64,000 nt of DNA from Octopus vulgaris (taxonomy: Eukaryota): assembly GCA_951406725.2 (NCBI GenBank), contig OX597830.1, positions 26,288,001-26,352,000 on the forward strand, given 5' to 3'. The position numbers and the translations under genes were made by a program. The notes under the pieces are model-generated. The model was not told the origin of the DNA, searched no databases, and was given only the letters and a program-made list of their open reading frames with translations. Of the stretch, positions 42,821 to 58,729 are shown piece by piece; the first letter of the stretch is position 1, and the number at the start of each line of letters is the position of its first letter.

Positions 42821-42875
42821 TTTGTATGGTGATTTGAAGTTGCGGTTTCGGAACCTGGGTAAAAGATTGATACCC

Positions 42876-43284
42876 TTTACTCTTTTACTCTTTTACTCTT
42901 TTACTTGTTTCAGTCATTTGACTGCGGCCATGCTGGAGCACTGCTTTTAGTCGAACAAATCGACCCCAGGACTTATTCCTTGTAAGCTTAGTACTTATCC
43001 TATCGGTCTCTCTTACCGAACCGCTACGTAACGGGTACGCAAACACACCACCATCGGTTGTCAAGCAATGTTAGGGGGGGGGACAAACACAGACACAAAC
43101 ACACACACATTTATATACATATACATATACACGACGGGCTTCTTTCAGTTTCCGTCTACCAAATCCACTCACAAGGCTTTGCTCCGCCCGAGGCTACAGT
43201 AGAAGACACTTGCCCAAGGTACCACGCAGTGGGACTGAACCCAGAACCATGTGGTTGGTAAGCAAGGTACTTACCACACAGCCA
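42876..43284 (-). mobile_element. SINE family A
   Basis: Reverse complement of the family consensus. Confidence 0.85.
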
Positions 43285-43710
43285 TAAACTGTTTTTAAAA
43301 AAGAAATTTTTTGTTGTTCCGGGTTGTTTCTTTTTTTGTGTGTTAAAATTGAGACTTTTCTTTTTACTGCTTTTTCTTCTTTCTAAAAGATATTCAGCTG
43401 ACAAAAACTTTCTTTAAATGCAATAATGAAAAACGTGAGAACCAGATCATGTTTTAACTTTATTCAACTTATATATTATTCTATACACATTTACACAAAT
43501 ACGGAAAAATTTGACAGCGTGTGTACCGTTGGCGCTTTTTTTTCCTCTGTCTTCCCTTCTCTAGATCTTTCCTTCTCCTATGTTTCCGACGAAGAGCTCC
43601 GCTCGAAACGTTAAACCCTCCTTCTTTCCTTCTTTCCTGAGCGTCCAATAATACTAAATTTGTTCCACGTCCTCGCGTTGTTGTGTAATTTTGTGCTTTC
43701 TTGTTTGGAT

Positions 43711-43781
<71 letters not shown>

Positions 43782-44340
43782 ATAACAAAAGCGTGGGTGG
43801 TGTTTCCACGAAGGAAAACATTTTAATTTGTCAACATTGAAACTTTTAAAGATGTTTTTTCTAATTTTAAACTTTTACCATTAATAAACAAAAAATATTG
43901 TTGAAACTAGTTTGGTATATATGTAAATAAATGTATTTTAAACATTTACGATTTTTGGAAATTTAGGTGCATTTTCAATAACACATTTTCCTATATTTTT
44001 TCCTGTGTGGAAACACCCCCCTTTTGTTTCATATATATATATATATATCTTTATCTATATATTTATATTTATATATAATTAAGGTTAGCTGAGTTAGAGG
44101 TTAAAATAACCGTCTAAGGGATAGAAGTATCCGTTACACTACCGGTATATTATATATGTTTAACCATGGGCATACATATGCAGGCATATTATGCTCATAA
44201 ATTAGAGGTAACGACAAAGATAAAGATGAGTTTATCAATAATCAAGATTTAAAGAAAACAGAAAATGGAGAAATATTGATGAACAACAATTGAATGATAT
44301 CAATTATTATTTATTAATTCAATACAAATAGACTGCATCC

Positions 44341-44454
44341 CATCTAACAGCTGTTTCTGCTTCCAATGTTGTGTGGTACTGCCGTTGATATGCTAAAAAT
44401 ATTTATCATATGTGGTAATAAAACCAATCTGAAACATGGAGATTCATCAGAGTG
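44341..44454 (-). ncRNA. Degenerate hammerhead motif (stem III as in 26551-26677)
   Basis: Minus strand reads cact|CTGATGA|...|GAAA|cagct GTT|agatg. Confidence 0.45.
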
Positions 44455-45098
44455 AAGAATAAATAAATAAGAGCATAGAGAAAAAAAAAGAGAAAAGTTG
44501 AATATGGTTGGAATCATACCATTTTAGCTTGTGTCTTTTTGGGACGTTAAAATAGACACAAGTAAAATGGTATGATTACAACCATATTCAACTTTTCCCT
44601 ATTTCTTCTCTAGCCGAGTTCGACTTTGTCTTTCATCCTTTCGGGGTCGATAACTTAAGTACCAGTTGCGTACTGGGGTTGATCTAATCGACTGGACCCT
44701 CCTCCAAAATTTCAGGCCTTGTGCCCATAGTAAAAAGGATTCTTCTTCTTCTTCTTCTTCTTCTTCTTCTTCTTCTTCTTCTTCTTCTTCTTCTTCTTCT
44801 TCTTCTTTTTATTATTATTAAGGCAGCGAGCTGGCAAAAACGTTAGCACATCGGGCAAAATGCTTAGCAGTATTTCGTTTGTCTTTATGTTCTGAGTTCA
44901 AATTCCGCCGGGGTCAACTTTGCTTTAATCCTTTTGGGGTCGATAAATTAATACTATTAGAGTCGATCTAATCGACTGGCACCCTCCCCAAAAATTTCGA
45001 GCCCTTGTGCGTAGAGTAGAAAAGATTATTATTAATAAAAAGAGTATTATTAATACTATTATTATTATTATCATTATTATTATTATTATTATTATTAC

Positions 45099-45218
<120 letters not shown>

Positions 45219-45546
45219 GTGATGATGACCTAAGATTGAATCTAAGCATCAATGAGAACCATCTGAGTAGTCTCTTCTAGGTCGACTTTGCATTTCATCC
45301 TTTCGAGGTCGATGAAATAAGTACAAGTTACGCACTGGGGTCGATGCAATCGATTAGCCCCCTTCCCTGCAAATTTTCCAGGCCTTGTGCCTTGAGTAGA
45401 AATTATAATTATCGTTATTCACTGAGGTCGACTTTGCCTTTCATCCTTTCGGGGTCGATAAATTAAGTGCCAGTTGAACAAGATGGCTGCCCTTGTGGTA
45501 AAATTTGAAGCCATTATCATAATCATCATCATCATCATCATCATCA

Positions 45547-45640
<94 letters not shown>

Positions 45641-48600
45641 CATTATTATTATTATTATTTGTGATGGAGTGTGGAGGGAAGGGGGATGGTTTAGTTCCTA
45701 TTGCTGATAGCTCGGATGACCATGTTGAGTTTCCTCATTGACGTATAGTAATACAATAGTCACTTTACAAGGCACGTGTGTATGTGTGTGTGTGCATGTT
45801 GTATGTGTGTGTATGTGTGTGTGTGTGTGTGCATGTTGTATGTGTGTGTATGTGTGTGTGTGCATGTTGTATGTGTAGTTTATTCTGCATGTGTTTGTAT
45901 CTATTGTTCGTATCTGTTCACCTTATCGTGTGCCTGTTTCACTATTTTATTTTTTGTGTATGCGTCTAGTTTACTGTATGTGTCTCCTTATGATGTATGC
46001 GTGTGTCTACTTTTTAGTGTGTGCACATGTGTCTACTTTGTTGTGTGTGTGTCTGTGCGTGTCTGTGTTATTGTGTAAGAAGAAGCACATTTCTGAGGTG
46101 CACCACATGAACTGCAATCTCGGTTTTGCAACATACTGTTGTTCCATCTAACTGCTGCGATTGTTGACTTGGGTTACACATTACTAAACAATCTTGTAAA
46201 ACTTGCAAGACAAGTGAGGGAAACTCACTTGTGGCCTCTCGAAGTGTTAGAAATAGCAGTTAACATCCACTTCTACTCACCAAAAGAAAAAAAAAATAAT
46301 AAATGTTAAATAAACAAATTGGTCCTGGTAGGAATGTCTAACGATGGCTCTGATCCATCAGGATTCACTTGGAGCTAAACATCAACACAGTAACACCACC
46401 ACCACCACCATCATCATTACTAAACAGTACGGTAAAACTGCGAGACAGTGGGGGAGACTCACTTTGTCCTCTCGCCCTGTTAGAAATAACAGCTAACCTC
46501 CACTTCTACTCACTTCCAGTCGTCTTTTCTTTTATATATAGTGTGTCTAAGACAACATTATACAATGTATCTAAGGCGGCGATCTGTCAGAAACGTTAGC
46601 GTACCGGGCGAAATGCTTAGTGGTATTTCGTTTGCCGCTATACGTTCTGAGTTCAAATTCCGCCGAGGTCGACTTTGCCTTTCATCCTTTTGGGGTCGAT
46701 TAAATAAGTACCAGTTACGAACTGGGGTCGATATAATCGACTTAATCCGTTCGTCTGTCCTTGTTTGTCCTCTCTGTGTTTAGCCCCTTGTGGGTAGTAA
46801 AGAAATAGGCATTTCGTCTGTCTTTACGCTGAGTTCAAATTCCGCCGAGATCGACCTTGCTTTTCATCCTTTCGGAGTCGATAAATCAAGTATCTGTTGC
46901 GTATTCGGGTCGATCTAATCGACTGGCCCCCTCCCCCAAAGTTTCGGGCTTTGTGCCAAGAGTAGAAAAGATTATACAATATCTGTCTAGTTTTCTTTGC
47001 TCCTGATACAAGAGAACGATTACATTTTAATGTAATAATTTGACCTAGGTAGCAACACATGGTGGAACTGACTATACACTGAAGTAATTTTATACATGTA
47101 CTGTTTCGATATTGCATTGCATTTGAATGTTTCGTTAATGAAATTTCATTTCAATTATATCAGCAATTTTGTTGAATTTGGGTTCGGTCATCATACCGCG
47201 AATAAACACACGCACAGGTTCTATTTCAATTCTTTATTTTTATTTGCCAATTGGATTACCATTTAAGCTATTGACTAATGAACTAAACAGCTAACCAATT
47301 CTCAAATAAAAATGAAGTGAAATGGGACCAGAGCAGTTGTTTATTATTAGCATAATGACCGTCCCAAGATACAATAAATTACGTTTACATACACGAGTCG
47401 ACATCAAGAACCTTGTACTCCCAATAAAAAAACAAAATACATTACTTATGTTCGAGTTAAATGCATCAACTAAATTCCCCATTTTTGTTAATAGGGCACA
47501 CTTGTTAGTCTGTAAGGAGCGAAAGGTATTATTTTACTCTTCTATTTATTAGTGCTGGAGCACTAATCAAATGGATCGACCACATTACTTATTTTTAAGT
47601 CTGGCACATATTCTATCGGTCTTTTTTGCCGAACAGCAAAGTTATGGGAACATAAACGTACCAACACCGGTCGTCAAGTGGTGATGTTGGTGGAGGGAGG
47701 CCAAACACAGACACAGATGCACACACAGACACATACACACACACACACACACAAAAATATACGTATATACGACTTGCTTCTTTCAGTTTCCATCTACCAA
47801 ATCCACCCACAAAGCTTTGGTCGGCCCGAGGCTATAGTAGAAGACACTTGTTCAAAGTGCCACGCAGTGAGACTGAACCCAGAACCATGTGGTTGAGAAG
47901 CAAGCTTCTTACCACACAGCAACAATTATAATCAGACTCTGAATATATCTTAAATCAAAAATTATATTCTCTAATTTAACGAAATTTCTCTACCTGGATT
48001 TCACTCGACAGGTCTGAATTGAGTTCTTTCTCAGCGCAGCAGTACAATTATCTTAAAAGGGGATTAGTTACATAACCGCCAAGGTTTCAGAACCATGCGC
48101 TACTCACTGTCACATCGATCAATGAAAATCAGTGTTTATAACTTTGAAACATAACTGCAGGAATTTATAAGCGTAATTTTCATTAAAAATGTGAAGTCTT
48201 ATGCATAAAGTTGGAATCGCAAAACTGATCACCACCAGTAACAGCAGCACCAATACTATCCCCACCATAGCCAATACCACCTCCACCTTAACTCCCACGG
48301 CCAATACCATCACGACCACCCATCACCACCTCCACTTCCACTGTCACTATGAAATGACGAAACTTTGAAATCGTTATCTGCATATGCAGTATACCACCAT
48401 TAAGAAACTCGCTCATTTATAGTTAAGGAAGGCGTAGCAGCGAGACCAAAATATTTGTTTGTTTATTTATCTATTTAGACTCTGCTGTGTCAAGATTAAG
48501 GTAAAATACAACCAAAAGTACTTGACTTGTTACGTTAACCACAGTCGGAGGTTACACTTGACAGAGGATTGTTTCAATAGGCTTACTTCATTGAAGGAAA

Positions 48601-50254
48601 TGAGGGAAACACTCATTACGACGATAGTGCAAGTAAGGAAACGTGAGCTTTTTGATAAGAGAAATGCATATCTCATTGTGTTTCCAAAGCAATTTCTCGA
48701 CTGAATTGGCGGATGTACGTCAGAGTAGACTCCATTGTTCTTTAAAAACAAAAAAAACAAAAACAAAACAAAACAAAATCCCTGGGATGGGGGTTTGGTG
48801 ATATTTCAATATCAGTATCGATAATTGTACTGCAGCTAGTGATTATATCAGATAAGTTCCATTGTAATGAAATTTATAGTGCGGTGCTTTGGTCGAACTG
48901 TTAGAGCGGCGGAGAAAAAATGCCCTGGGACATTTATTCTATTGCTTTACGTTTGAGTTCAAACACCGCCATAGACGAGGTCAACTTTGCAGTATATTGG
49001 ATAATATCTATCCAATATACTGCTGGTAGAATACCCAGTTATTAATACATAAGTGTTTTTTATTGAATTGCAATTACATTACCGAGTGTACTAAATGGGT
49101 GAGAGTAAAGAGTTATTTTACCATTAATTTATAGAGCAATAAGAAAATGGAGGGAATCAATAGGTGGTATTCATCAACTTTTAGACATTATATTATGTCA
49201 ATTTATTTATTTATTTACTAAAATGACAATTACAAGAATATATATACATGTATAACATTTGCTTTACATATAAGATATATAAAGATATCAGTAGTTATTA
49301 AAATATATAACATACAGGAATAGAATCTGTTGTACGCGTGTGAAATATAGCCTGTCACAAAATTCTCCATCGACAAACTCCAAATTTTTATGCTCTTGCT
49401 TCGGGTGAGATGGCAAGGCGAACTTAGAAACGAAACCGTGTGGAAACGGGCAAATTATCAACCTATCGAAACCCTGATTAAAAGGAGGTAATAGGTTTGA
49501 CTGGGATGCACCCTATGGAAAGCTGTTTCCAACATTACAAAGCAAATCAAGGCAGCTAAGTGGCAGAATCGTTAGCACGCCGGCAGTATACTTAGCGGCA
49601 TTTCGTCCGTCTTTACGTTTTGAGTTTAAATTCCGCCAATGTCGACTTTGCCTTTCATTCTTTTGGGGTCGATAAATTAAGTACCAGTTACGCACTGGGG
49701 TCGATGTAATCGATTTAATCCGTTTGTCTGTCCTTGTTAGTCCCCTCTATGTTTAGCACCTTGTAGGCCATAAATAAATAAGAATCGTTAGCACGCCGGG
49801 TAACATACTTAGCGGCATTTCGTCCATCGTTACGTTTTGAATTCAAATTCCGCCAAGGTCGACTTTGCCTCTCATATTTTCGGGGTTGAAAAGATAATTA
49901 CTAGTTTGCCACCTTACTCCGAAATTATTGGCCTTGTGCCAAAATTTGGAATCAACAAGGGAAATCCTTTGATGGACGCCCCCAAGGGAAACAGAAGCGT
50001 AACAGAACAAAAACAACGTGGCGGAGGTCCACAGAAACTGAAAAACTGGCAAACAGCTACACCTGGAGATAACTGCTGTCCAATACAAAAGATTGATACA
50101 GATAAAGATCTCTTGTTGGAGTCTTGTATTCTAGGTGGAATTAAAGGATTAAGAAGATAGTATGGTGTAAAGATAAGATATAGTCTATTGGCGTGATGAA
50201 ACAAGTGAGATGAATATATGATGTGTGCAATAAAACGTTTCTATATTTTTACAG

Positions 50255-50380
50255 TTGACCATCAATGGCAGTGAGGCGTGGACCATTTCAAGTGACAGAT
50301 CTGCCTTCTATTTGCACCAACTCAGTCCAGATTTACCAGATCTCAACCTATACAGCAGAGTCGTTATTGATGAACTCAAT
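50255..50380 (+). CDS. SLC3-like gene, coding exon 4 (126 nt; absent from the ORF track)
   Basis: tttttacAG|TTG ... AAT|GTaagt, phase 0 to 0. Encodes LTINGSEAWTISSDRSAFYLHQLSPDLPDLNLYSRVVIDELN (GH13 YLHQF..QPDLN region). Confidence 0.92.
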
Positions 50381-51040
50381 GTAAGTAACTCACAAACCAT
50401 GATATATCTTTGAACTACAATGCCTTTGTTGTTATTGTTAGTCTTGCTCCTGTCGTTGTCGTTGTTATTGTTATCATTTGGTACCCGTCAACTTTGATTC
50501 ATAACCTATCATCAACTAGGTATTCCAATCTCAATTTTAAATTGAAAAAAAAAAAAAATTTTTTCACATAAATTATCAAGGAATACATTATCAAATGTTT
50601 CCCAGGTTTTTCAGATACTAAGTACCAGTTACGCATTGGGATCGATGTAATCGATTTAATCCGTTTGTCTGTCCTTGTTAATCCCTTCTATGTTTAGCAC
50701 CTTGTAGACAATAAATAAATAAGAATCGTTAGCACGCCGGGTAACATACTTAGCGGCATTTCGTCCGTCGTTACGTTTTGAATTCAAATTCCACCAAGGT
50801 CGACTTTGCCTCTCATTTTTTCATATAGATTTTGATATCTATTTCTAACGTATCAACTAATTCATAAAACGATCCGGCGGCTTTGAACGTAAATAACTGA
50901 TCGCTGTCGTTTTCGTCCCATTCATGAAAATGAAAAGCGATGAGATACTCATGTTAGAATCTGCCAGAAGATACAGTGAATGAATAGGTATGCTGTATAT
51001 ATATAAATATATATATATTATACATCATTGAAACAATATA

Positions 51041-51079
<39 letters not shown>

Positions 51080-51623
51080 GAGTGAGAGGGCAATGTATGC
51101 CATCAAAGTGAGAAATAAATGAAGCCCAGTATACCCATCATGACTACCCGTCTGATAAGGGTACACCAGGCATATGCATCACAATCATAAGTGCGTGACA
51201 TAGTCATCTCATATCAAGATAGACAGAGCATGACCTTGCAGGTGGGGCCCAGTTAGAATTTTAGTCCGGTCGAGTAGCCCATCCCTCTCAAAAGGGTTGT
51301 TTAAGGATGATGAACAAAACACCCGTTTCCAAAGGTGAATTATCCAAACCCCAAAGAATTCCTCTCAACACATGGCTATGATGTCCTCACTATTTCTACT
51401 CATGATCAGAGATGTACATATCGTCAGTCACAAAGGAACATGCTCAACTGGTTATGGTCAAACATCTGACAAGCAAATTTGTGGTATTGAGCAGAATATT
51501 TGCTGTAGCCTATCTTTTATACCAAAACAAAACAATGTACATGATAACACTTCCAATCCGTTAAGACCAGAGGCCATAAGAGTCACTGCCTGGTACTGCA
51601 TCAGAACATTTATTATTATTATG

Positions 51624-51691
<68 letters not shown>

Positions 51692-51872
51692 CATTGTTAT
51701 TATCGTTGTTGTTGTTGTTGTTTCCTTTCATTATAACTTTATTTCATCTGTCTTAGTACTTGGCATCCGTCGGAAGCCAAGAGTAGCAAAGAGGAGCAAA
51801 GAGTAGCAAAGAGTAGCAAAGGTGCTTTTATTTTGCTATGCAAGCTAAATTTATCACCGCATTTATTCCATT

Positions 51873-52890
<1,018 letters not shown>

Positions 52891-53229
52891 GGCACATGTA
52901 TATTTCGTTGCTAAAGCATGATGGTGAACCAGTTTCGATTTGATTTCTAACAGGTCATAGTCTCCCTTACAAGCTTATTTGGAATACGGTGTTGTCATAA
53001 ACGACACCATAATAATCGCTGAACTTCCATCATAGACTTCTCGCTATTCTTCACTATAATGTCGCCATAACCGCCATAATAAGACTCATTCACCTCAATT
53101 CATTTGCATAAACAAAATGGCGGCGTTAAACAAAAGGAAAAATTATTATAAATCAATGGTTACAATATAATTTTTATATGTATTATGTAAGTACGTACGT
53201 ACGTATGTATGTACATATGTATGTATGAA

Positions 53230-53337
<108 letters not shown>

Positions 53338-53395
53338 CGCGTCTCTGTATGTATGCATGTATGTATGTATGTATGTATGTATGTATGTATGTATG

Positions 53396-53428
<33 letters not shown>

Positions 53429-53692
53429 GCCTGTCTGTCTGTCTATCTATCTCTCTATCTGGCTGGCTGTCTGTGCGTATTTTGTCTTATGTGTGAGTGC
53501 ATCTCTGTATGTATATATGTATGTATGTATTTATGTATGTATGTATGTTTGTATGTATGTATGTATGTATGTATGTATGTATGTATGTATGCATGCATGC
53601 ATGCATGCATGCATGTATGTATGTATGTATGTATGTATGTATGTATGTATGTATGTGTGTATGCTTTTTTATTTTATTTATGTATATTCCAG

Positions 53693-53809
53693 CAAATCCT
53701 TCACTACTGGATCTCACTTGGTGTTGATGGTTTTAATATTCGTCACTCGGGGTTCATGTTAGAAGACAGTGAGCTGAACAATGACGTGCAATTAAATTCA
53801 AACAAACCA
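53693..53809 (+). CDS. SLC3-like gene, coding exon 5 (117 nt)
   Basis: attccAG|CAA ... CCA|GTaagt, phase 0 to 0. Encodes QILHYWISLGVDGFNIRHSGFMLED.. (GH13 region II with the nucleophile position altered). Confidence 0.92.
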
Positions 53810-54778
53810 GTAAGTCTACAGTATTTTTTTCCAGTTTTTGTACGACTCAGTCAAAGAAAAAGGGTCCAGAAAAGAAGTAAAACCGATTACCCGGTTTCCA
53901 TGGTATATAGTTACCCGAAATGAGAACATTTTTCTTGAATCGGACACCAATCTTTTGCGGGGTTACTCATATTTGAGTGGGCTGGGGCAACGTGAAATAA
54001 AGTTTTTGATCAAGAACACAAAGAACCATCCAGTCCGGGGGAAACAAAACTACGATATTGTTATTTTGAATGAATATCCTAACCTCTATGGTATGCACTT
54101 CCACCCTTTATGTCGGTAGCAATAAGGGGAAGAATAAGTGAGGGATCTTTTTCCCCTCAATCAGATTCTTGGCCCGAAAGCCTTCAACAGAGTGCAATCA
54201 TTAAAACAATCAAATAGTGATACTGAACCGGGATATGTATTACAAATGTTTGTTCCTTCATAAAGGCCGGTTTCCCGGTTTCCTTGGCGTATAGGTTCTC
54301 CACCTGGACGGGACGCTGGTGAGCTCCATGATGAAAGAGTGAGAGGAAGTTGTGGCGAAAGAGTCAGCAGAAGTTCGCCATTACCTTCTGCCGGAGCAAC
54401 GTAGAGCTTAGGTGTTTAGTTCACAAACACACACATCGCCCGGTCTGAGATTGGAACCCGCAATCCCTCGACCGCGAGTCCACTGCTCTAACCACTAGGC
54501 CATGTGCCTCCACTGGATTACATATAGAAACTTCGATATTTAGAGACATAAGTGTGACTCTGTGGATCGCTGTGCACTTACGTAGTGCACTTACATGGGA
54601 TATGAATGTTCCCTTTCTGACTTTAATTTACATAATTTATTCATATTCAACTCTTCCATTTTATTTATGACATAATAATTTAATCCACTAAGAGCAAACG
54701 AAAATATATTTCCTCTTTTTAAGCTTATTTCTTTTATATTTCTATGCTTAATTGTTTATTTCTTTTTTAATTTTATAG

Positions 54779-54888
54779 AATCCCTATGACAACATGGAAC
54801 ACAAAAATTCCTTTGGGTTAGGGTATAATATGGTACTGTTAAAACTATGGCATCATATTATCGAAGACAACCAGGGCCAGAATGGAAG
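54779..54888 (+). CDS. SLC3-like gene, coding exon 6 (110 nt; absent from the ORF track)
   Basis: Long polypyrimidine tract, ttttatAG|AAT ... GGAAG|GTacgt, phase 0 to 2. Encodes NPYDNMEHKNSFGLGYNMVLLKLWHHIIEDNQGQNGR and restores the frame between exons 5 and 7. Confidence 0.85.
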
Positions 54889-55281
54889 GTACGTAGTTTT
54901 AGGATAATATATGCGGTTTCAACGACTTTTAACTGTCTTTTCTGCGCTAATATCTAATTAGAACATTTCTTTAAATTATCAAGATATCTTATTTCTAAAC
55001 GCAAATATACACATACAACACATACAAACACACAGACAAGCATACACAAAACCTTTTCTCTATCTAGCTGTCTCTCTTCTCTCTCTTCTGTATCTCGCTC
55101 TATTCCTCTTGGTCTCTCGGACTGAAATATCTTTGGACAAATAGTCACTGTATTTCACTCTGACACCGATGCTGTCGGGTGTTTTTTTTTTCTTTTTTGG
55201 CTAAGCTGCTAAGTGACGGGGATATAAACAAAACAAAACCGCTTGTTAAATGTTGTAGGAACAAACGCAAATACGCACACA

Positions 55282-55350
<69 letters not shown>

Positions 55351-55494
55351 ATGACAGATTCTTCAAACAATTTTAGTCAGGACCACCGGGCTGACATGGG
55401 AGGCAGCCAAAAACCACGCCAATGACCGCAAAAAGGGGAAAACAACTGTTGAGGCTCTATGCTCCACAAGGGGTAAAAATGATTAAGAAGAAGA

Positions 55495-55530
<36 letters not shown>

Positions 55531-55539
<9 letters not shown>

Positions 55540-56699
55540 GTAAAAATAATTACAGACATGGACAAGAACATGAAACACCAAAGAGACGACACAAGAACCA
55601 CAGGACGGGACATTCGAAGCCCTCAGTCATCAGTCAAGAACCAGATCATCTTAGCAATTTCGGCTGATTAATCTTGAGATTGCTCCGATCTGGGCAGCCC
55701 GCCAAGGGAAATCTAAGCCAAGCGCATTAGATCCCCTGGAGGAAAGCTTCGAATGTATACAACACGAGGACGGAAAACGAACGAAGTACACGAACAAAAA
55801 TACAGAATACGTGACACCAATAAGAATACAAAAACGTAAAAACAATGACGGTAAAGATAAAAAACAAAACAAAACCAGGACGTAGGACAAGGGTCTTTCG
55901 ACAGGACGAGTTGAGTTTAGGGCTGGCTTATGAAGTTGTGCCTAATGGCCGCAGGGAGACGAACAAATACGTGTTGCTTCGGCGACTGCTGGAACGAAAA
56001 GGGCGCTCAGCAGTGGCTAGCGGTCACGTGAGAACAAAAGACAGGAGAAAGGGACAGATGAAAAGAGAGAGAAGGTGGACGAGGGAGGAGAAGAAAGAGA
56101 CAGATCGAGGGGACTGGAGTTGAGAGAGATAGAGAAACGTAGAAGGGGGGGGGAAGACGGATGGAGAGGGAAAGAAAGGAAGGGGAATAAGGGAGGAGAG
56201 AGAGAGAGAAAGAGACAGATCAAGAGTCGTATCAATGCTAGAGAAAAAATATACTTATCGTATAAGGACAATTGTGGATACGTAGCCGCCGATTATATAT
56301 GTAAACAGTAAAAATAATTACAGACATGGACAAGAACATGAAACACCAAAGAGACGACACAAGAACCACAGGACGGGACATTCGAAGCCCTCAGTCATCA
56401 GTCAAGAACCAGCTCATCTTAGCAATTTCGGCTGATTAATCTTGAGATTGCTCCGATCTGGGCAGCCCGCCAAGGGAAATCTAAGCCAAGCGCATTAGAT
56501 CCCCTGGAAGAAAGCTTCGAATGTATACAACACGAGGACGGAAAACGAACGAAGTACACGAACAAAAATACAGAATACGTGACACCAATAAGAATACAAA
56601 AACGTAAAAACAATGACGGTAAAGATAAAAAACAAAACAAAACCAGGACGTAGGACAAGGGTCTTTCGACAGGACGAGTTGAGTTTAGGGCTGGCTTAT
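55531..56699 (-). mobile_element. Partial-tandem (pLTR-like) element: 400-bp direct repeat with 768-bp period, between (TA)n tracts
   Basis: 55531-55931 is nearly identical to 56299-56699, and the ORF track shows identical 79-aa ORFs. PLE identity is inferred from architecture only. Confidence 0.7.
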
Positions 56700-56713
56700 A
56701 TATATATATATAT

Positions 56714-57110
56714 GTGGCTGTGTGGTAAGTAGCTTGCTAACCAATCACATGGTTCCGGGTTCAGTCCCACAGCGTGGCATCTTGGGCAAGTGTCTTCTGC
56801 TATAACCCCGGGCCGACCAATGCCTTGTGAGTGGATTTGGTAGACGGAAACTGAAAGACGCTTGTCGTATATATGTATATATATGTATGTGTATGTGTGT
56901 GTTTGTGTGTCTGTGTTTGTCCCCCTAGCATTGCTTGACAACCGATGCTGGTGTGTTTACGTCTCCGTCACTAGCGGTTCGGCAAAAAAGACCGATAGAA
57001 TAAGTACTGGGATTACAAAGAATAAGTCCCGGGGTCGATTTGCTCGACTAAAGGCGGTGCTCCAGCATGGCCGCAGTCAAATGACTGAAACAAGTAAAAG
57101 AGTAAAAGAG
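56714..57110 (+). mobile_element. SINE family A
   Basis: Same head, core and tail as the other copies. Confidence 0.85.
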
Positions 57111-58034
57111 AGAGAATATATATAATTCTTGTTCGAGAATGTTGTTTTCAGTGACTTCGAAGTTGGGTTTGGTTGCATTAAAGCTAATTTTACTTCATAT
57201 ACTTTCGATTGAGTAAAAATCATCTACAGGTGTTGTGTGCTTGAGTGTGGGTGGACATTAGGATTTTATAGAAACGTGTTTGAGAAAAACATTTATTGAT
57301 TAAATTTGAGGTTATATTAAGACGTAGAATTTGTTCATGCATATCAAACTTTGTAAACAAGTCTGTACGAGTTTCTCTTTTGTTAGCTAGGCACAATCGG
57401 GATCAATATCCTTTTGCTTCGAGAATATCTGTGCAATACATTAGCCTTCAGTAAATGGGTGTGTGGGCTGGTTTTTCACAAAAAGAATATAGTTAGATAG
57501 TAAGTTTAGTCTGGTTTTGTCTTCACTTGTTAATATTTAGGGCATTTCCTGTTGTCATATTTAAGTTTGGGATTATAAGTCAAGCATATCCTGGCTTTGT
57601 TGGTACAAAGAATTGTTTTTCTTGTTCAAAAAAGCGTTTGAGTAGAGGTTTCATGTTTATATTTCCCTCGTGGTGTTCATTGTTCTATAAGCAATTTGCT
57701 ATGTATATAGCAATTTTAAACTTCCTGCTTTGTGGAGGTAGAGCGTATTTGGTGTTTCATAAATTTTCTTCAAATTTTGTTCTAGTTATATAATAAATAG
57801 GGGTTGTTATAGAAGGTTGTTATTTATGTATAAAGATGGGAACAAAAATATGATTTAGAAAAACATCGCAACAAACTTTTTCCAACTACCACTTCTCCGA
57901 ACATCCTTAAGGAGGTGTCTTCACCCCGAAATATAAAAATACATGGCAAAAGCATAACTTTGTTCTGTTTTTTTCCATTTTGTATTTTATTCTGTATCTA
58001 CTGGCATTGTGCCGGCTTTACACAACTACATTCT

Positions 58035-58122
<88 letters not shown>

Positions 58123-58381
58123 ACAGGCAAATAACGTCTTGAACTATAATAGAACCCCCAATGAAACCGAGTTTATTGAGCGAGGTACTTTAAGAAAAGT
58201 CACCAGACTGGATACATCTGTCCCAAAGGATGAACAGTATCTCACCCGAGAGGAATTGATGAAAGATGGGTCAAAACGATCGTTGTGAATAATAGTAACG
58301 AATCACGTGAATTCCATTACATATATACATGCATACACATACATACTTACACACACACGCACACACACACACACACACACA

Positions 58382-58489
<108 letters not shown>

Positions 58490-58680
58490 TATACACATAC
58501 ATGAAGTAAAAACAGCTCTGGTATAATAAATATTGTTAACTACATATACTAATGTATATGCTTTGTGTATTTTCCGCTGGCTGCAATAGCATAGCGTACT
58601 ATACATCTCTCATGTCGCCGGTGTTAAAACACCTTAGGGCCATGGACAGGCGAGATAACCCACCCTCAATCCCATTTGGG

Positions 58681-58729
58681 AGTGATGGACATCGATGTTT
58701 CGCCATTTTTGTGGTTTATCAACACCACC
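58681..58729 (-). ncRNA. Minimal hammerhead motif, U3-A8 core
   Basis: Minus strand reads GGTGGTG|TTGATAA|ACCA caaaaa TGGC|GAAA|catcgat GTC|CATCACT. 7-bp stem I and 10-nt palindrome ACATCGATGT. Confidence 0.68.

Larger units (their letters stand above)
42036..44031. mobile_element. PLE-like element with ~215-bp inverted ends (42036-42251 and 43816-44031), interrupted by a SINE and a second repeat
   Basis: The arms are reverse complements and each contains a hammerhead motif. Both outer ends abut (TA)n/(TATG)n. Confidence 0.65.

Noticed and set aside
57130-57800. Possible decayed GIY-YIG/PLE coding sequence on the minus strand
   Set aside because: Only a weak, stop-interrupted resemblance, not supportable without a search.
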